Assembly: GCF_018977255.1 (NCBI RefSeq)
Contig: NW_024704743.1
Coordinates: 81,594,001-81,658,000 of the forward strand
Direction: 5' to 3'
From: Callorhinchus milii
Lineage: Eukaryota
Length of the DNA: 64,000 bases
The notes beneath the pieces were generated by a model, which was given only the letters and a program-made list of their open reading frames with translations, did not search any database and was not told where the DNA came from. Of the stretch, positions 23,366 through 35,785 are shown piece after piece (the stretch's first letter is position 1; every line of letters starts with the position of its first letter). Both the position numbers and the translations under genes were made by a program.

Positions 23366-24243
23366 TTTGTGGGCCATCTGATATTTCCCCTCTTTCCTTG
23401 TCTTGCTTCTCAGTCTAATCCTAGTGGACTAACTGTTCAATTTTACTTTACCAAGTAGATTAGCTTCTTTAACACAAGAATGGAATCAAACCTATTACCT
23501 TCTGGTTTGATGTATTTTAAGGTGGAACTTCTGATTTGAAATTTTACGTGGCAATTTCAAAAAAATTGGCCCGTGAAGCCTCTGTATCATAGTCTGGCCA
23601 ATAATCTCCTGGATAAAGTTGTTCATTCATTTCATGGCTGTTTGTGGCCTCATATAGATTCATTTGACCAGGAATAGTGTGTAATATGTATGGAAAATGA
23701 AAAGGACCTGGGGTTACTGATTGACAATAAATTGAAGCTCTCCCAACAATGCTCTGTGTCAGTGAGTAAAGCAAACCAGATGTTGGGATATATCAAAAGA
23801 TATATTTGTGGGCCATCTGATATTTCCCCTCTTTCCTTGTCTTGCTTCTCAGTCTAATCCTAGTGGACTAACTGTTCAATTTTACTTTACCAAGTAGATT
23901 AGCTTCTTTAACACAAGAATGGAATCAAACCTATTACCTTCTGGTTTGATGTATTTTAAGGTGGAACTTCTGATTTGAAATTTTACGTGGCAATTTCAAA
24001 AAAATTGGCCCGTGAAGCCTCTGTATCATAGTCTGGCCAATAATCTCCTGGATAAAGTTGTTCATTCATTTCATGGCTGTTTGTGGCCTCATATAGATTC
24101 ATTTGACCAGGAGTAGTGTGTAATATGTATGGAAAATGAAAAGGACCTGGGGTTACTGATTGACAATAAATTGAAGCTCTCCCAACAATGCTCTGTGTCA
24201 GTGAGTAAAGCAAACCAGATGTTGGGATATATCAAAAGATATA
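23366..24243. repeat. Tandem duplication, 2 x 439 bp
   Basis: 23366-23804 vs 23805-24243, one mismatch seen; duplicated ORFs 23544-23774 and 23983-24213. Confidence 0.95.
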
Positions 24244-24356
24244 TCAATATATCAATAATAATTGCCACGTAAAATTTCAAATCAGAAGTTCCACCTTAAA
24301 ATACATCAAACCAGAAGGTCATAGGTTTGATTCCATTATTATTATTATTTGATTCC

Positions 24357-24388
<32 letters not shown>

Positions 24389-24995
24389 ATTGATATATCA
24401 ATAGCAAGCCGAAATAGTGGGGTAATCCTGTCACTATATAAATCATTGGTGAGACCATACTTAGAATACTGTGTACAGTACTGGTCACTGCAGTATAAAA
24501 AGGAAATGGGAGAAGTCGAGAGGATACAGAGAAGAGCAACCAAAATGATTGAGGGAATAGAAGGACTGGACTATGAGGAAGCATTAAGTAAATGTTCACA
24601 CTGGAAAAGCGAAGATTGAGAGGCAACATGATTGCTGTCTTTAAGATTCTAAAGGGGCAAGACAATTTAGATCATGACAGGTTGTTTCAATTTCTCCAGA
24701 ATAGTAAAACCAGAGGACACGGCCTGCGATTGAACGGGTTGTAAATTCAAAACGAACCTACACTATTTCAATGAGCGAATAGTGAACATGTGGAACAGGC
24801 TGCCTCGGGAGATGGTTGAAGCAGGAAGTGTTTATTCCTTCAAACACAAATTAGATAGTTTTCTATTAAGAAATAACATTATAGGATATAGCACATAGAT
24901 AGTTCAGGACATATGTGTATGCGACCACCAGGAAGGTAGAAGGCGAACTAGATGGACCTTAGTCTTTCTTCATCTAGCAATTCTTATGTTGTTAT
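23695..24995 (+). mobile_element. CR1 3' fragment disrupted by duplication and templated insertion
   Basis: KDLGLLIDNKLKLSQQCS..KANQMLGYIKR then LYKSLVRPYLEYCVQYWS; tail ttcttatgttgttatgt. Confidence 0.85.
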
Positions 24996-25122
24996 GTGTG
25001 CTACTGTTCCCATCACATGTACTAATACTAACTAGGTGCTGCTAAGTTATATTGAATACAGCAAAGTCTTGATATTGGAATCAGTTTAGCGGCACATCTG
25101 ATATTTAGTATCATTTCTATCC

Positions 25123-26610
25123 TTAAAACACCCTCCCTGGATCCATCTCTACTCTCAAACTACCGCCCATCTCCAACTTCCCTTTCCTCACCAAGGTCCT
25201 GGAACAAGTTGTTGCTTCGAGCTTTGGTCCTTCCTCTCCCACCACTCCCTTCATGAACCCCTCCAATCGGGTTTCCGTGCCATCCACAGCACAGAAACAG
25301 CCCTGGTCAAAGTGACAAATGACATTCTGTCCATCTGCGACCAGGGCTCCCTCTGCCTCCTTGTCCTCCTTGACCTCTCTACTGCCTTTGATACCGTTGA
25401 TCACTCTATCCTCATCCACCACTTCTCCTCTCACCTCAATCTTCAAGGTTCTGTCCTTGACTGGTTCAGATTGTACCTCTCACACCACCTCCACTTCATC
25501 TCCACAAACTGTTTCTCCTCTAGCCCCCACACCATCTTGTGCGGCATTCCTCAGGGCTCTGTTCTTGGTCCCCTCCTCTTCAACATCTATATGCTCCCTC
25601 TTGGTGACATCATCCGCAAACATGGGGTCAACTTCCACATGTATGCGGATGACGCCCAACTCTACCTCTCTGCCTCCATCCTTGACTGCAGGACCACTGT
25701 TGTCCTGACAGAATGTCTGTCAGACATCAAGTCCTGGATGAGAGCTAACTTTCTACTGTTGAATGCCAACAAGACCGAGACCCTCCTGATTGGCTCCTCT
25801 CAATGCCTCCACACCTCAGGCGCTGACAGCATCACTATCCATGGATGCACACTCCACCTTACTAAGCCCTTCCGGAAACTTTTGTTTGAACCTCAACTAC
25901 CCTTTCTACCCCACATCCGTGCCATGACCTGCTCTGCCATCCCCCACCTCCACAATATTGCCCTGCTCCGCCACTGTCTCACATCGCAGCTGCTGAAACC
26001 CTCATGCATGCATTCATAACATTGGGGCTTGACTTTGCAAACTCCTTGCTTGTTGGCCTACCCAACTCCTCCCTCTATAGGCTGCAGATCATCCAGAAGT
26101 ATGCAGCCTATGTCCTCTCCTGCACCAGGCTCCGTGACCCTATCACCCCCATCCTCATCCACCTCCACTGGCTTCCCATCACTCAGATGATTGAGTTCAA
26201 GATCCTGGCCCTCACCTTCAAAGCCCTCCATGGTCTTGCTCCCCCCTACCTCTGCGACCTCCTCAACCCCTACCGTCCTGCCTGCTCCCTCCGCTTAGCG
26301 GGCTCCGGCCTGCTTTAAGACCCAGACCTCACACGCCTCACCATTTGCGTGCTGGTCTTCTGCCATTCTGCTCCTGCCATCTGGAACTCCATCCCGCAGT
26401 CCCTCCACCTCGTCCCCTCCCTTCCCTTCTTCAAGACCCATCTCAAGATTCTCCTCTTCGACCGTGCTTTTGATCACCCTGCTTCCCCCGCTGCCCTCCG
26501 CCCTCCCCAACCCCGACCCCCAGCTCGGGTCCAAAATACTAACTGTCCAGCATCTTGGGATGTCCTTCCAACATAAAAGGCACTATACAAATGTAATTTT
26601 GTTGTTGTTA
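25123..26610 (+). mobile_element. L2 LINE, 5'-truncated (RT and C-terminus)
   Basis: [29 protein letters not shown] and YADDAQLY; stem-loop and (GTT)n tail. Confidence 0.95.
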
Positions 26611-27047
26611 TAATGCATTGAATGCGAGTCAAAAAGCTTTCTTTCTTATACCTTCCTTTCCATCACCTTCTAATGACTATGTATGTGAAGCTGGGCTAGT
26701 GATATTGAATTGTAGGTTTGCGGAATGTAGCTTTCACCTAGACACTGGGGACAACTCCCCTCAAAAAGCTGGTAACCCACTAACTAATACTCAAAAGCTG
26801 TGAGCTGCAAACCTGATGCGCATGCAGTGCATTAGCTCCATTTGAAGCTCTAAATATTGAATGAGCTATTCAGTTGACACCAATGTTTTGGCTGAATTCA
26901 GTTTATCATGAACTTCCAAAGTATTCTGTTTAGTCAAGATTAGAAGATAGCAATTACAATGAGGACTGCCTTGCATGTGAAAACAATGTCAATATGGCAC
27001 AGGGCTTGAACAGCAAATCAGAATAAGTGTTAGTTGGGGGTGTGAAG

Positions 27048-27430
27048 GGGGCAGCCTCAATGTTGTAATGGATAGAGCTGCAGCTTGGAGACCAGGGATT
27101 TGCTGGTTTGAATCCAGCACTGAGTTTGCTGGCCTCAGCCAAGACTTAATGGGGAGGCTACATTGGCCCATTCTACATTAACCTTCCCCAGAGTAGGAAG
27201 GATAATACCAGGTGGGGTTTTTGCTTCTCTTCTCTCTTCAGCAACTTTTACTGGTTGTGTTGGTGGTCATTGGGTGAGGAGATGGTCAGGTTCAGCTGTG
27301 TGGCTTCTACATTCGATTAGTGTGCTGACACTCACTGTTAAGGCTCACCCATGATCAATGGCTACTTGGGTTGGGCTATTGGAGGACAACCAGTGCCTAT
27401 GGAACTGTACCCCAACAAGAGAAGGCCAGA
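27048..27430 (+). mobile_element. AmnSINE2-like tRNA SINE
   Basis: gctgacactcactgttaaggctcacccatgatcaatggctacttggg...tggaactgtacccca matches the recalled AmnSINE2 core. Confidence 0.7.
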
Positions 27431-28619
27431 CTAGGCAAAGAGGCATATGCTAATACAATACAATTTGCATTTATATGGTGCCTTTCATTTTGGGAGGATA
27501 TCCAAAAGTATTTGCCATTTAATGAAGGAAGAAATTTGAAACACAATTGGATGCATTGACTTTATAAAAAAGAATGAGTTGGTTGAAAATCTTGCTAATA
27601 ATTAGTCTTCAACAAGCAGGTTACTGGAGATGAGAAAAAGGAGTCAACATAATATAAATACTTAGCTCATAAAGTTGATCATTTTATTGTAAGACTGATC
27701 ATTTGATTGTAAAACAAAACCTCTTAATGTGAAAATTAAACAGGAACTTGCCAAATCTGTCCATCAGCCATGGAAAAAGAAAGTAGACCTGCTCGACAGT
27801 AGATTATAAAGCTGGGTGGTGAACAGTAGTCTAAAGATTTGTCTTTAGGGGCTTTGTTGGCATCAATAAGAATGGTGTCTCTTGGCAAATGAACTTATTG
27901 TTTCTTTCCTGTCAGAACCACCTCCCTCTGTCTATCCTCCTCCCTTTCCTAGGTCCAAAGAGGATAGACTATGTCAAATAGTTGGACTGCAACAAAACCA
28001 CAAAAATGTACATAATCACTAAAGAACATTGCAAAAGAAAGTTTAATGTGATATATGGAGAGAAAGCAAAACGCAGAGAGGATGCATTGACTTTATCTCA
28101 TCTCCAAGATAGAATGAAGAGAGGAAAGTGAAAATGGTTTCAGATTCACCTTCAGTATCTTGAGGATATTTCAACAATTCATAAAAGCATTATAAGTTCC
28201 CTCTTCTGTAATGGATGCTAGTTTTGTGGTTATGTTTTGGAACTTACAATCCAAAAACATGCATGATATGTATATCTGAAAATTAAAGACCATCTAGAAC
28301 TTATAGTAATAATAATCCTTGCATTTGATACGTCGCTTATCACATTCAACAGTCAAAACACTTCACAAAGTTTCTGTAAAGTGTGCTTACAATATCTTTA
28401 CACAGAGGACGTGGAATGCCCTATCTGGAACAGTGGATCCAAAGATAAATGAATATTAGTACTCTTGCCTCTGAGTCAGAAAGTTAGGCAATTATACAAT
28501 TCATAAAGATAAGACTTATGGGAATTTTATCGTAAATCCTGTGAAACACTTTGAAAGTCACTCTACCAAATTTAAGGATTATTATTATTATTCAGTGGGA
28601 ATTGGGTAAATACTTAAAA

Positions 28620-29130
28620 AGGAGCCTAGCTTAGTTGGTAGCACTCTCACCTGTGAATCAGAAGGTTATGGTTCAAACTCCACGTTGGGACTTGGAAACC
28701 ATATAAGCTATGCAGCCACTCCAGTGCAATCCTGGCAATGATCTGCATAGTCTTTGGATGAGACGTTAAGCTAAAGTCCTGTCTGCCGTCCAGGTGGATG
28801 TTAAAGATACCATGGTACTATTCAAAAAAGAGAAGGGAGTTTCTCCAGATGTCCTGGCCAACAACCTTTAAAAAATAATTGGCCACTTACTCCATGGCTG
28901 TTTGTGAGACATTGCTGTGACTTCTTCCAAGCACTGTCAAATGCTCTGGAATGCTACCCCTTAATGAAAGGCGCTATATAAATGAAAGTTGTTGTTGTGC
29001 ACAGATTGGCTCCCATGTTTGCCCACATAATACACAATCGCTACACTTTATAGTATATTCTGTGAAGTACTTTGAGTTGTCTCGATGACATGATAAGGCA
29101 CTATCATATAATACAAGGATTATTATTATT
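28620..29130 (+). mobile_element. Full-length Deu-domain SINE with an L2 tail fragment inserted at ~28920-28998
   Basis: tRNA head, ggatgagacgttaag...caggtggatgttaaagataccatggtactattc...gtcctggccaac, and (ATT)n tail. Confidence 0.85.
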
Positions 29131-29654
29131 ATAATGTTAATTTGGCTTCCATTGTTTTCTAAAATTTATCAAGATATGTTTTCTTTTAAATTATTCCCAA
29201 CCACTAAAGTGACTTTTGACTTCAATTGTTTTTAACTTACTCTTAAAACTTATTGTTATCTGACGAACAAATGCAAAATCTTTGTTCACCAAAGCCAAAT
29301 GCTTCTGAGGTTTTTTTTCGAGAAATGCAGCAAACTAGATATCAAATTAAAACTGAATGAAAACTGAATTGAAGAATTTTTCGAAAGTCTGTGTAAGACT
29401 ATCATTTGAAGATTATCATTTTTAAGCATCAAGGAATTTTCACTCAGTGTGGTAGGAGCTCTTGTAATTGAGGCTAATTGTAGCACCCTCTGGAGCCTCT
29501 TTGGTTGAGATCATTTAACTCAGCACAGACTGCGGTTGAGATGAGATTAGTTTTCTGATCTGTGTGGCTCAGCTATACAGAGATCAACTCGCTGAACCTT
29601 CGAGGATGCCAACAGTTCTTCTTTAAACAAAGAAGCTTGTGATGACCAATATTA

Positions 29655-29970
29655 GTAATAATAATAATCCTTGCATTTGATATAGCGCTTTTCACATCTT
29701 CTAGACATCTCAAAGCGCTTCACAGAATATACTGTAAAGTGAATTGACTGTATATATTTGTGAGCAAAACGCAGCAGCCAATTGTGCATAGCAGTGTCCC
29801 ACAAACAGTCATGGATTGAGTGACCAAATTATTATTGTTTTTTTCTTGAGGGATTATTATCAGCCATGTGGAGTAAGGAAACTTGCCCAAGGTTTCGCCC
29901 TGCCGGGAATCGAACCCAGGTCTCTCGCTTGCAAGGCGAACGCTCTAACCACTGAGCTGCAGGACTCCAC
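29655..29970 (-). mobile_element. Young tRNA-Ala SINE, full length
   Basis: Reverse complement of the 16638-16966 family. Confidence 0.92.
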
Positions 29971-31879
29971 ATTGTAGTTTGTAATATTGAAGTTTGAGTT
30001 ACTATTATAATTGTTGATGGTTTAACAGGAAGATAAATAGTACTCTGGGGAGATACTGCTTTGCTCCATGTACATTTTGCTGCATACATAATATGATTTT
30101 TCATGGCTGTTTCCTGTACACTCCTGGCAAGGCACAAGGTGGCGTGTTGGCAAAGGGCTTTTAAAATGACTTGCTTCTTTATGAATCAATGAATTTCCTG
30201 GGATATATTGAGATCTGCGGGAGATGACCCATTCACATGGACAGCAGAGTAAGATTAAACTTAAGGGCCTCGGACTTCTGAATATAGTCACAGTAGTTCA
30301 GCTGGACAGCGTCAGTGAATTGATCACATCCTTGGTTTTACATTCACTTTAATTGTCTCCAAGTTCACATTATACTGTTGAGCCAACACAATTAGCTAGT
30401 AAGCATGGTAAATGTTCATGGCAGCTAGCTGAATAAGTTGAGAACACAGTGCACAGGCTGTTGCATACTGATATCCTACTGAATCCTTTGAAAACAAAAT
30501 GCCTAATCACACTATCCAATTACCAGTGTGCGTTATAAAAATCTGTATCATGCTGCAACCTACAGTTCGGCTTGGGTCATAAAGGACCTCTTTCTCCCTT
30601 TCACTGCTCGCCTGTTGGCAATGCAGGAAATCCATTAATAAAACTGCCAGTGCAAACTGAACTGGAAATGAAAGTCGAGTCTGTGGTGTTTAATTAGAAA
30701 TGTGGTCACTAAAACGTTTCCTGAATTGTGCTGTTTTATAATGTAGAGCCATTGCAGGAGAAATGAAGTGATGCTGGCCAGTTTATAGCACGATCATAGG
30801 ATAGCAATTTGATATCGATGATAATTGAGAGTTGTGTGACTCATGATGTTACATTGAAAAAAGGATCATTTTTTATTCTGTTCACTATACGGTCAAACTG
30901 CGTCCATTTTGACGGGATAGTGAACAGAATAAAAAATAGCTTTCTTGACGCCTCTGGCCTTTGTGTACCAGCATTAAAAATATCGGCTAAAATTGCACAG
31001 ATAGGCAACAAATAGGTGGGGGTGATTACAAGGCAGTAAACTCATTGAGGGGCCTGAGATCCTGTTATAAACCACAAGAGCAACGCTTGAAGTTTGTCAT
31101 CTGAACCCAGAGCTGAAATTATAGCCTTGAAATCAGTTCCAGACATCCGTTAGTTTTTATATGAACATTGTCCACTTCATTGTGCTGTTTTTACATGTCT
31201 CCTGTCTTAGATACTCTGTCATTGATAACGATGGTATCCCACATTGATGTTTATGGGTTGAAAACGTAATATTTCTTAAGCAATTCAATGTAGTAATTAT
31301 CAACTTGATTTATTTTTGTTTATGTCTTACTCACAAATGACTGGCTCAAGTCTCAGAGTGGGGTGAAGGGGGAAGGCAGAGTGGAGAGCCCAGGAAAATT
31401 AGCAATCAGCAAAAATGGCAATTGCAGCCAGTTGCACTCTACAATTATAAATACATATTAATAATAATAATCCTTACAGCATCTTTCACATCAAGAGGAT
31501 CTTCCAAAGTGTCTACAGGATCTATTGTAAAGTGCAGTGACGGTGTATTTAGTGGTCATAGACATTTACAGCGCAGAAGGAAGCTATTTGACCTATTGAG
31601 TTTGCACTGGCTCTCAGACCAAGCTGTAGTTTCATTGCACTGCCCTCCCTTAACCCCGTACCCCTTCAAGCCTCTAACTTTCATATGTATTGTACAGTAT
31701 GTGTACTGTAAAATAGGTAAGTTTGACACAAGGATGAGAATCCCAATGTATGGTTCCCAGTAAGAAGCGAGAATCCCAATAAGGCTCTGACCTTATGTTG
31801 AAATGATTCTTTAATACAAATGGAAATGGTTAATTAATTTCTGCTGAGAAGATGGCTGTATCAGGATGAACATGATTTA

Positions 31880-31981
31880 GAAATAAAAACAGAACTCGCT
31901 GGGAACACTCAGCAGGTCAGCAGCATCTATGAGAGAGAAAAGTGATTTAAAGTTTCAGGTCGATGACCTTTCGTCAGACCA
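31880..31981 (-). mobile_element. Penelope-type terminal repeat with hammerhead motif
   Basis: Minus strand: ggtCTGACGAaaggtcatcgacctGAAActttaaatcac...atagatgctgctgacctgctgagtgttcccagc. Confidence 0.65.
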
Positions 31982-33096
31982 GAATGTTTTAGAACATAGT
32001 TTATAATTGAGTGTACAATAAGGTTACTTGCTAATATTTGAAACATCAAATTGTTTATCATTTCTTTTATAAATGTTACAGAGGTGATTAGGATGTCCGA
32101 GAGGAGAACCGAGAGCAAGCAACGTGGTTAGGATGAAAACCAATAGACCCAGAAGCAAAGGAACAAGGTAGCCAAATGTGGTAAGAGTGGGAATAGAATT
32201 TTGGAAGCTTGGCCTAAGAGAAAGAGACTCAAGACATGAGAGAGTGGGGGAGAAGACAGTTTGGTGAGAAATGGATTGTCAGACTGGTAGGAAGTTGGAA
32301 GAGATGCAGTGAAGCCATCATGTGCTCTGCTCAAGCTCCTTTAGAATTGTAATATTGTAATACCAGGTTGGTTCAGTTGGTAGCACTCTGAGTCAGAAGG
32401 TTGTCGGTTCAAGCCCCACATCATAAATTATGCTCATACTCTTGGCTGATGCTCCAATGCAGTATGGGAAGGCAGGGTGGGGGTGGGTAGGAGTGCTGCA
32501 CTGTCAGAGGTGACAAAAAGAAAGGGATTTCCTCTCTGTGTTCCTCTCTGTGTTCCAGCCAACAATCCTACAGATTAATTGATTAATCTTATAGTGTATG
32601 ACTGTTCGTGGGTCCTTCTTGCTGCAGCAATGGCTACAACATTTGTCTGCGAAAACATTAGAAAACACTTGGTAAGATTCTATAAGAATGAACGTTCTTC
32701 CTTAAAGAGTCATTTTCTTCTGCCAGTGTGACTTCAAGACGTTTTGGCAGATTTGAAAGGAGGAAGTCTGATTGCATAATACATGTCAATGTTATTGCAA
32801 CATTGGTTGTCTCTTGAACACATTTGTTATAAGCTTTGAAATGAAACAAATATTTTAGACCCTCATTGTGAAAGTTAACACCATGACAATACATCATCAA
32901 AATCTGCTGTAGTACAAACGTTCCCCAGTGGCCAATATGCGAAACATTTCCAGCAACTGATCCTAATTGAAAGCTCCTCAGGGGGATGAGAATTTCCCTT
33001 TAAGTATTTTTTGAAAAAGTTGTCATTATTCATTTGTTCCTGCTGCACTTACGTAAAATTTGGCTATTTTAATGATCAGCAGGTAAAAAACGCGCT

Positions 33097-33293
33097 TAGT
33101 AATAATAATAATAATCCTTGCATTTGATATAGCGCTTTTCACGTCTTCTAGACTTCTCAAAGCTCTTCACAGAATATATTGTAAAGTGAATTGACTGTAT
33201 ATTTGTGGGCGAAACACGGCAGACAATTGTGCATAGCAGTGTCCCACAGTCGTAGATTGAAAATGATCTTTTTTTTGGAAGGATTATTATCCC
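33097..33293 (-). mobile_element. tRNA-Ala SINE 3' half
   Basis: (AAT)n, ccttgcatttgatatagcgcttttcacgtc. Confidence 0.88.
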
Positions 33294-33639
33294 TTGCCAG
33301 AGATCAGTGAGCACAAATATAAGATCCACTGGTAAACTCTCGATGATATAAAAAAAATGTGTTTGTTTGTCTGTTTAAATAGAACCTTTTTAAGCCAGGA
33401 AAAATATAATTGTGAAGTTGAGGAACAAAGAGAAGAAAAAAATGGGCCATTAGTTAATTATCCACTGGTTTCAGCTCAAAACCTCCGCCTCCTCCCCCCC
33501 CCCCCACACACACAACAACCTGTAGCTTTGGGACAATCGTTTGCTTGTAGGAGTCTTATGGAGGCTTGGCTGCCATCTTGGATAAGCTGTGAGTAAAAAA
33601 TATTAACAATCCACAGGACATACTGTACAGTGATGTGAC

Positions 33640-34050
33640 TGTCTGTGTATTGTGGATGAGTATGGCAGCCAATTTGCACCCAGCAATATAAAACAAGCAG
33701 CCATGAAATGAATGATCATTTTTATCTGGGGGTTTGATGGCCAGGACAACAGGAGAAACTCCTTTCTTTTTTCGAATAATGACATGGGATGCTTAACATC
33801 CACCTGGACAGAAGACATACCTCAGATCAGCATCTAATCCGAAGGCCAGGGTGCTAGGAGAAACTCTCTTCTTGAACGGTGCCAAGGGATCTTATCAGAC
33901 TGGACCTCGGTTTAATGCCTCATCTGAAGGACGGCACCTCTGACAATGCAACACCGCCCAGTATTGCATTGGAGTGTCACCTTAAACTACGTGAGCTTGA
34001 ACTCACAACCTGACTCAAAGGCAAGCGTGCTACCAGCTGAGCCATGCTGA
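33640..34050 (-). mobile_element. Deu-domain SINE with internally duplicated Deu segment
   Basis: ggccagg...aggagaaactc...gggat occurs twice (~33739 and ~33844). Confidence 0.78.
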
Positions 34051-34784
34051 TACACTGAGCCATGTTGACACACACATACTTGTTAACAACCCAAAAGCAG
34101 CTACTGAACCTGCTTTATAGAATAATGGCTGAGTTAAATCGTATCCAACTCTTAGTTGACAAAATCTGAGACTGGGTCCTAAATAGAGCAGCTTGCTGGT
34201 CCCTGCTCTGTGTACTGTTTTGTCAGCTTGTTTTAAACAAAATCTACTTTTAATTCCCAACATTTCTACATGTGGGGACATTTTCCCAGACGCAGAAATA
34301 AAACATTTTGTTTCATCAGATTAAAGATGTAAAAAAAGTGATCAGAAAGCCTCAATCCCTGAATTGCAATTATGGCATCCCGTATAATCGAGCGTGCCAA
34401 ACTTTTACAATAAGCGGGATTTTAAACCTTTTCAGTAACAGCCACTTAATAAGAACCCACTGATAGGAAGTTCCTGCTACTGAAACGGTTCCAGCTGTGT
34501 TCGATCTCCCCACACTTCGACATGTCTGACCACTGATGCTATTACTGGTACTTGACATGCTGTTTGCTTTATGAGCGGCCAGGACCTTACTTTCCTGATG
34601 TTTGACAACAGGAATGAATTTACAGAGGTCAGTCAGGCCATGGGTTTTCATGTGAAGAGGCAGCTGTTTTGTTTTTGTTTAAGGATCGATTAGCATCTGG
34701 CCTTTTTCTAAATAAAAAGTGAAAAATGCAAATTGTACAGGTGAGAGCAAGACAGTTATTCCCCAACAAGAAAAAGTGGGCTCG

Positions 34785-35096
34785 AGATCATGTCTCAAAG
34801 CGCTCATATACTGTAAACTGGAGTAATTGTGGATTTTGTTGGTGAAACACAGCAGCCAATTGCACACAGCAGTGTCCCACAAACATTTGTGGATTGAGTA
34901 ACCTTTTTTTGTATGTGTGGATGTATTATTACCCCTGGAAAGCCAATAGACTAACAAGTGGCTTCCTATACCGCTAGGTAAACAGAGGCGTGAGTCTGTG
35001 CGGAGTAAGGAAACTTGCCCCGACCCGACTGGGAATGGAACCCAGGTCGTCTCGCTTGCGAGGAGAATACGCTAACCATTACAGTACAGGACTCCA
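34785..35096 (-). mobile_element. tRNA SINE, CORE-like subtype
   Basis: gctaggtaaacagaggc...gtaaggaaacttgccc...tacaggactcc. Confidence 0.85.
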
Positions 35097-35104
35097 AAAA
35101 AGGA

Positions 35105-35785
35105 CTCTGCCTTCCCTCACCTCCGCAACATTGTCCGACTCCACCATTTCCTCACTCCTCAGGTCACCAAAACCCTCATACATGCCTTCAATACATCCAG
35201 GCTCGACTACGCCAACGCCCTTGCTAATCAGCCTTCCCAACTCTTCCCTCCACAAGCTGCAGATCATCCAGAACTCTGCAGCACGTGTCCTCTTCTATAG
35301 TAGGCTCCGTGACCCCATCACACCCACCCTTGCCCGGCTCCACTGGCTCCCTCAGAGGATCGTGCTCAAAATTCTCATCCTCACCTTCAAGGCCCTCCAT
35401 GGCTTTGCCCCCTCCTACCTCTCCGACCTGCTAACCACTTATCAACCTGTCCGCTCCCTTCATTCAGCAGGCTCCGGCCTGCTCTATATCCCCCATCTGG
35501 CCTGCCCCACCATCAGCGGTCAGGCCTTCAGCCTCTCTGCCCCCACCCTCTTGAACTCCATCCCACATTCCCTTCACCTCATTCCCTCCCTTGCCTCATT
35601 CAAGGCACACCTCAAGACCCTCCTCTTCGACTGTGCCTTCGGCCACCCTCCTACCCTCTCTGCCCTCCACCCTCCCTGATCCCAAACCCCCCACCCTTCT
35701 CCTCGGGTCCTAATCCCTGACTGTTCAATGCCTTAGGATGCCCAACGTGATAGGCGCTTTAGAAATGTAATTTTGTATTGTATTT
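35105..35785 (+). mobile_element. L2 3' fragment
   Basis: [15 protein letters not shown]...LHWLPQRI...LKTLLFDCAF. Confidence 0.9.

Noticed and set aside
23544..24213. Two identical-looking 76-aa ORFs as duplicated genes
   Set aside because: By-product of the 439-bp duplication, partly antisense to CR1; no protein signature.
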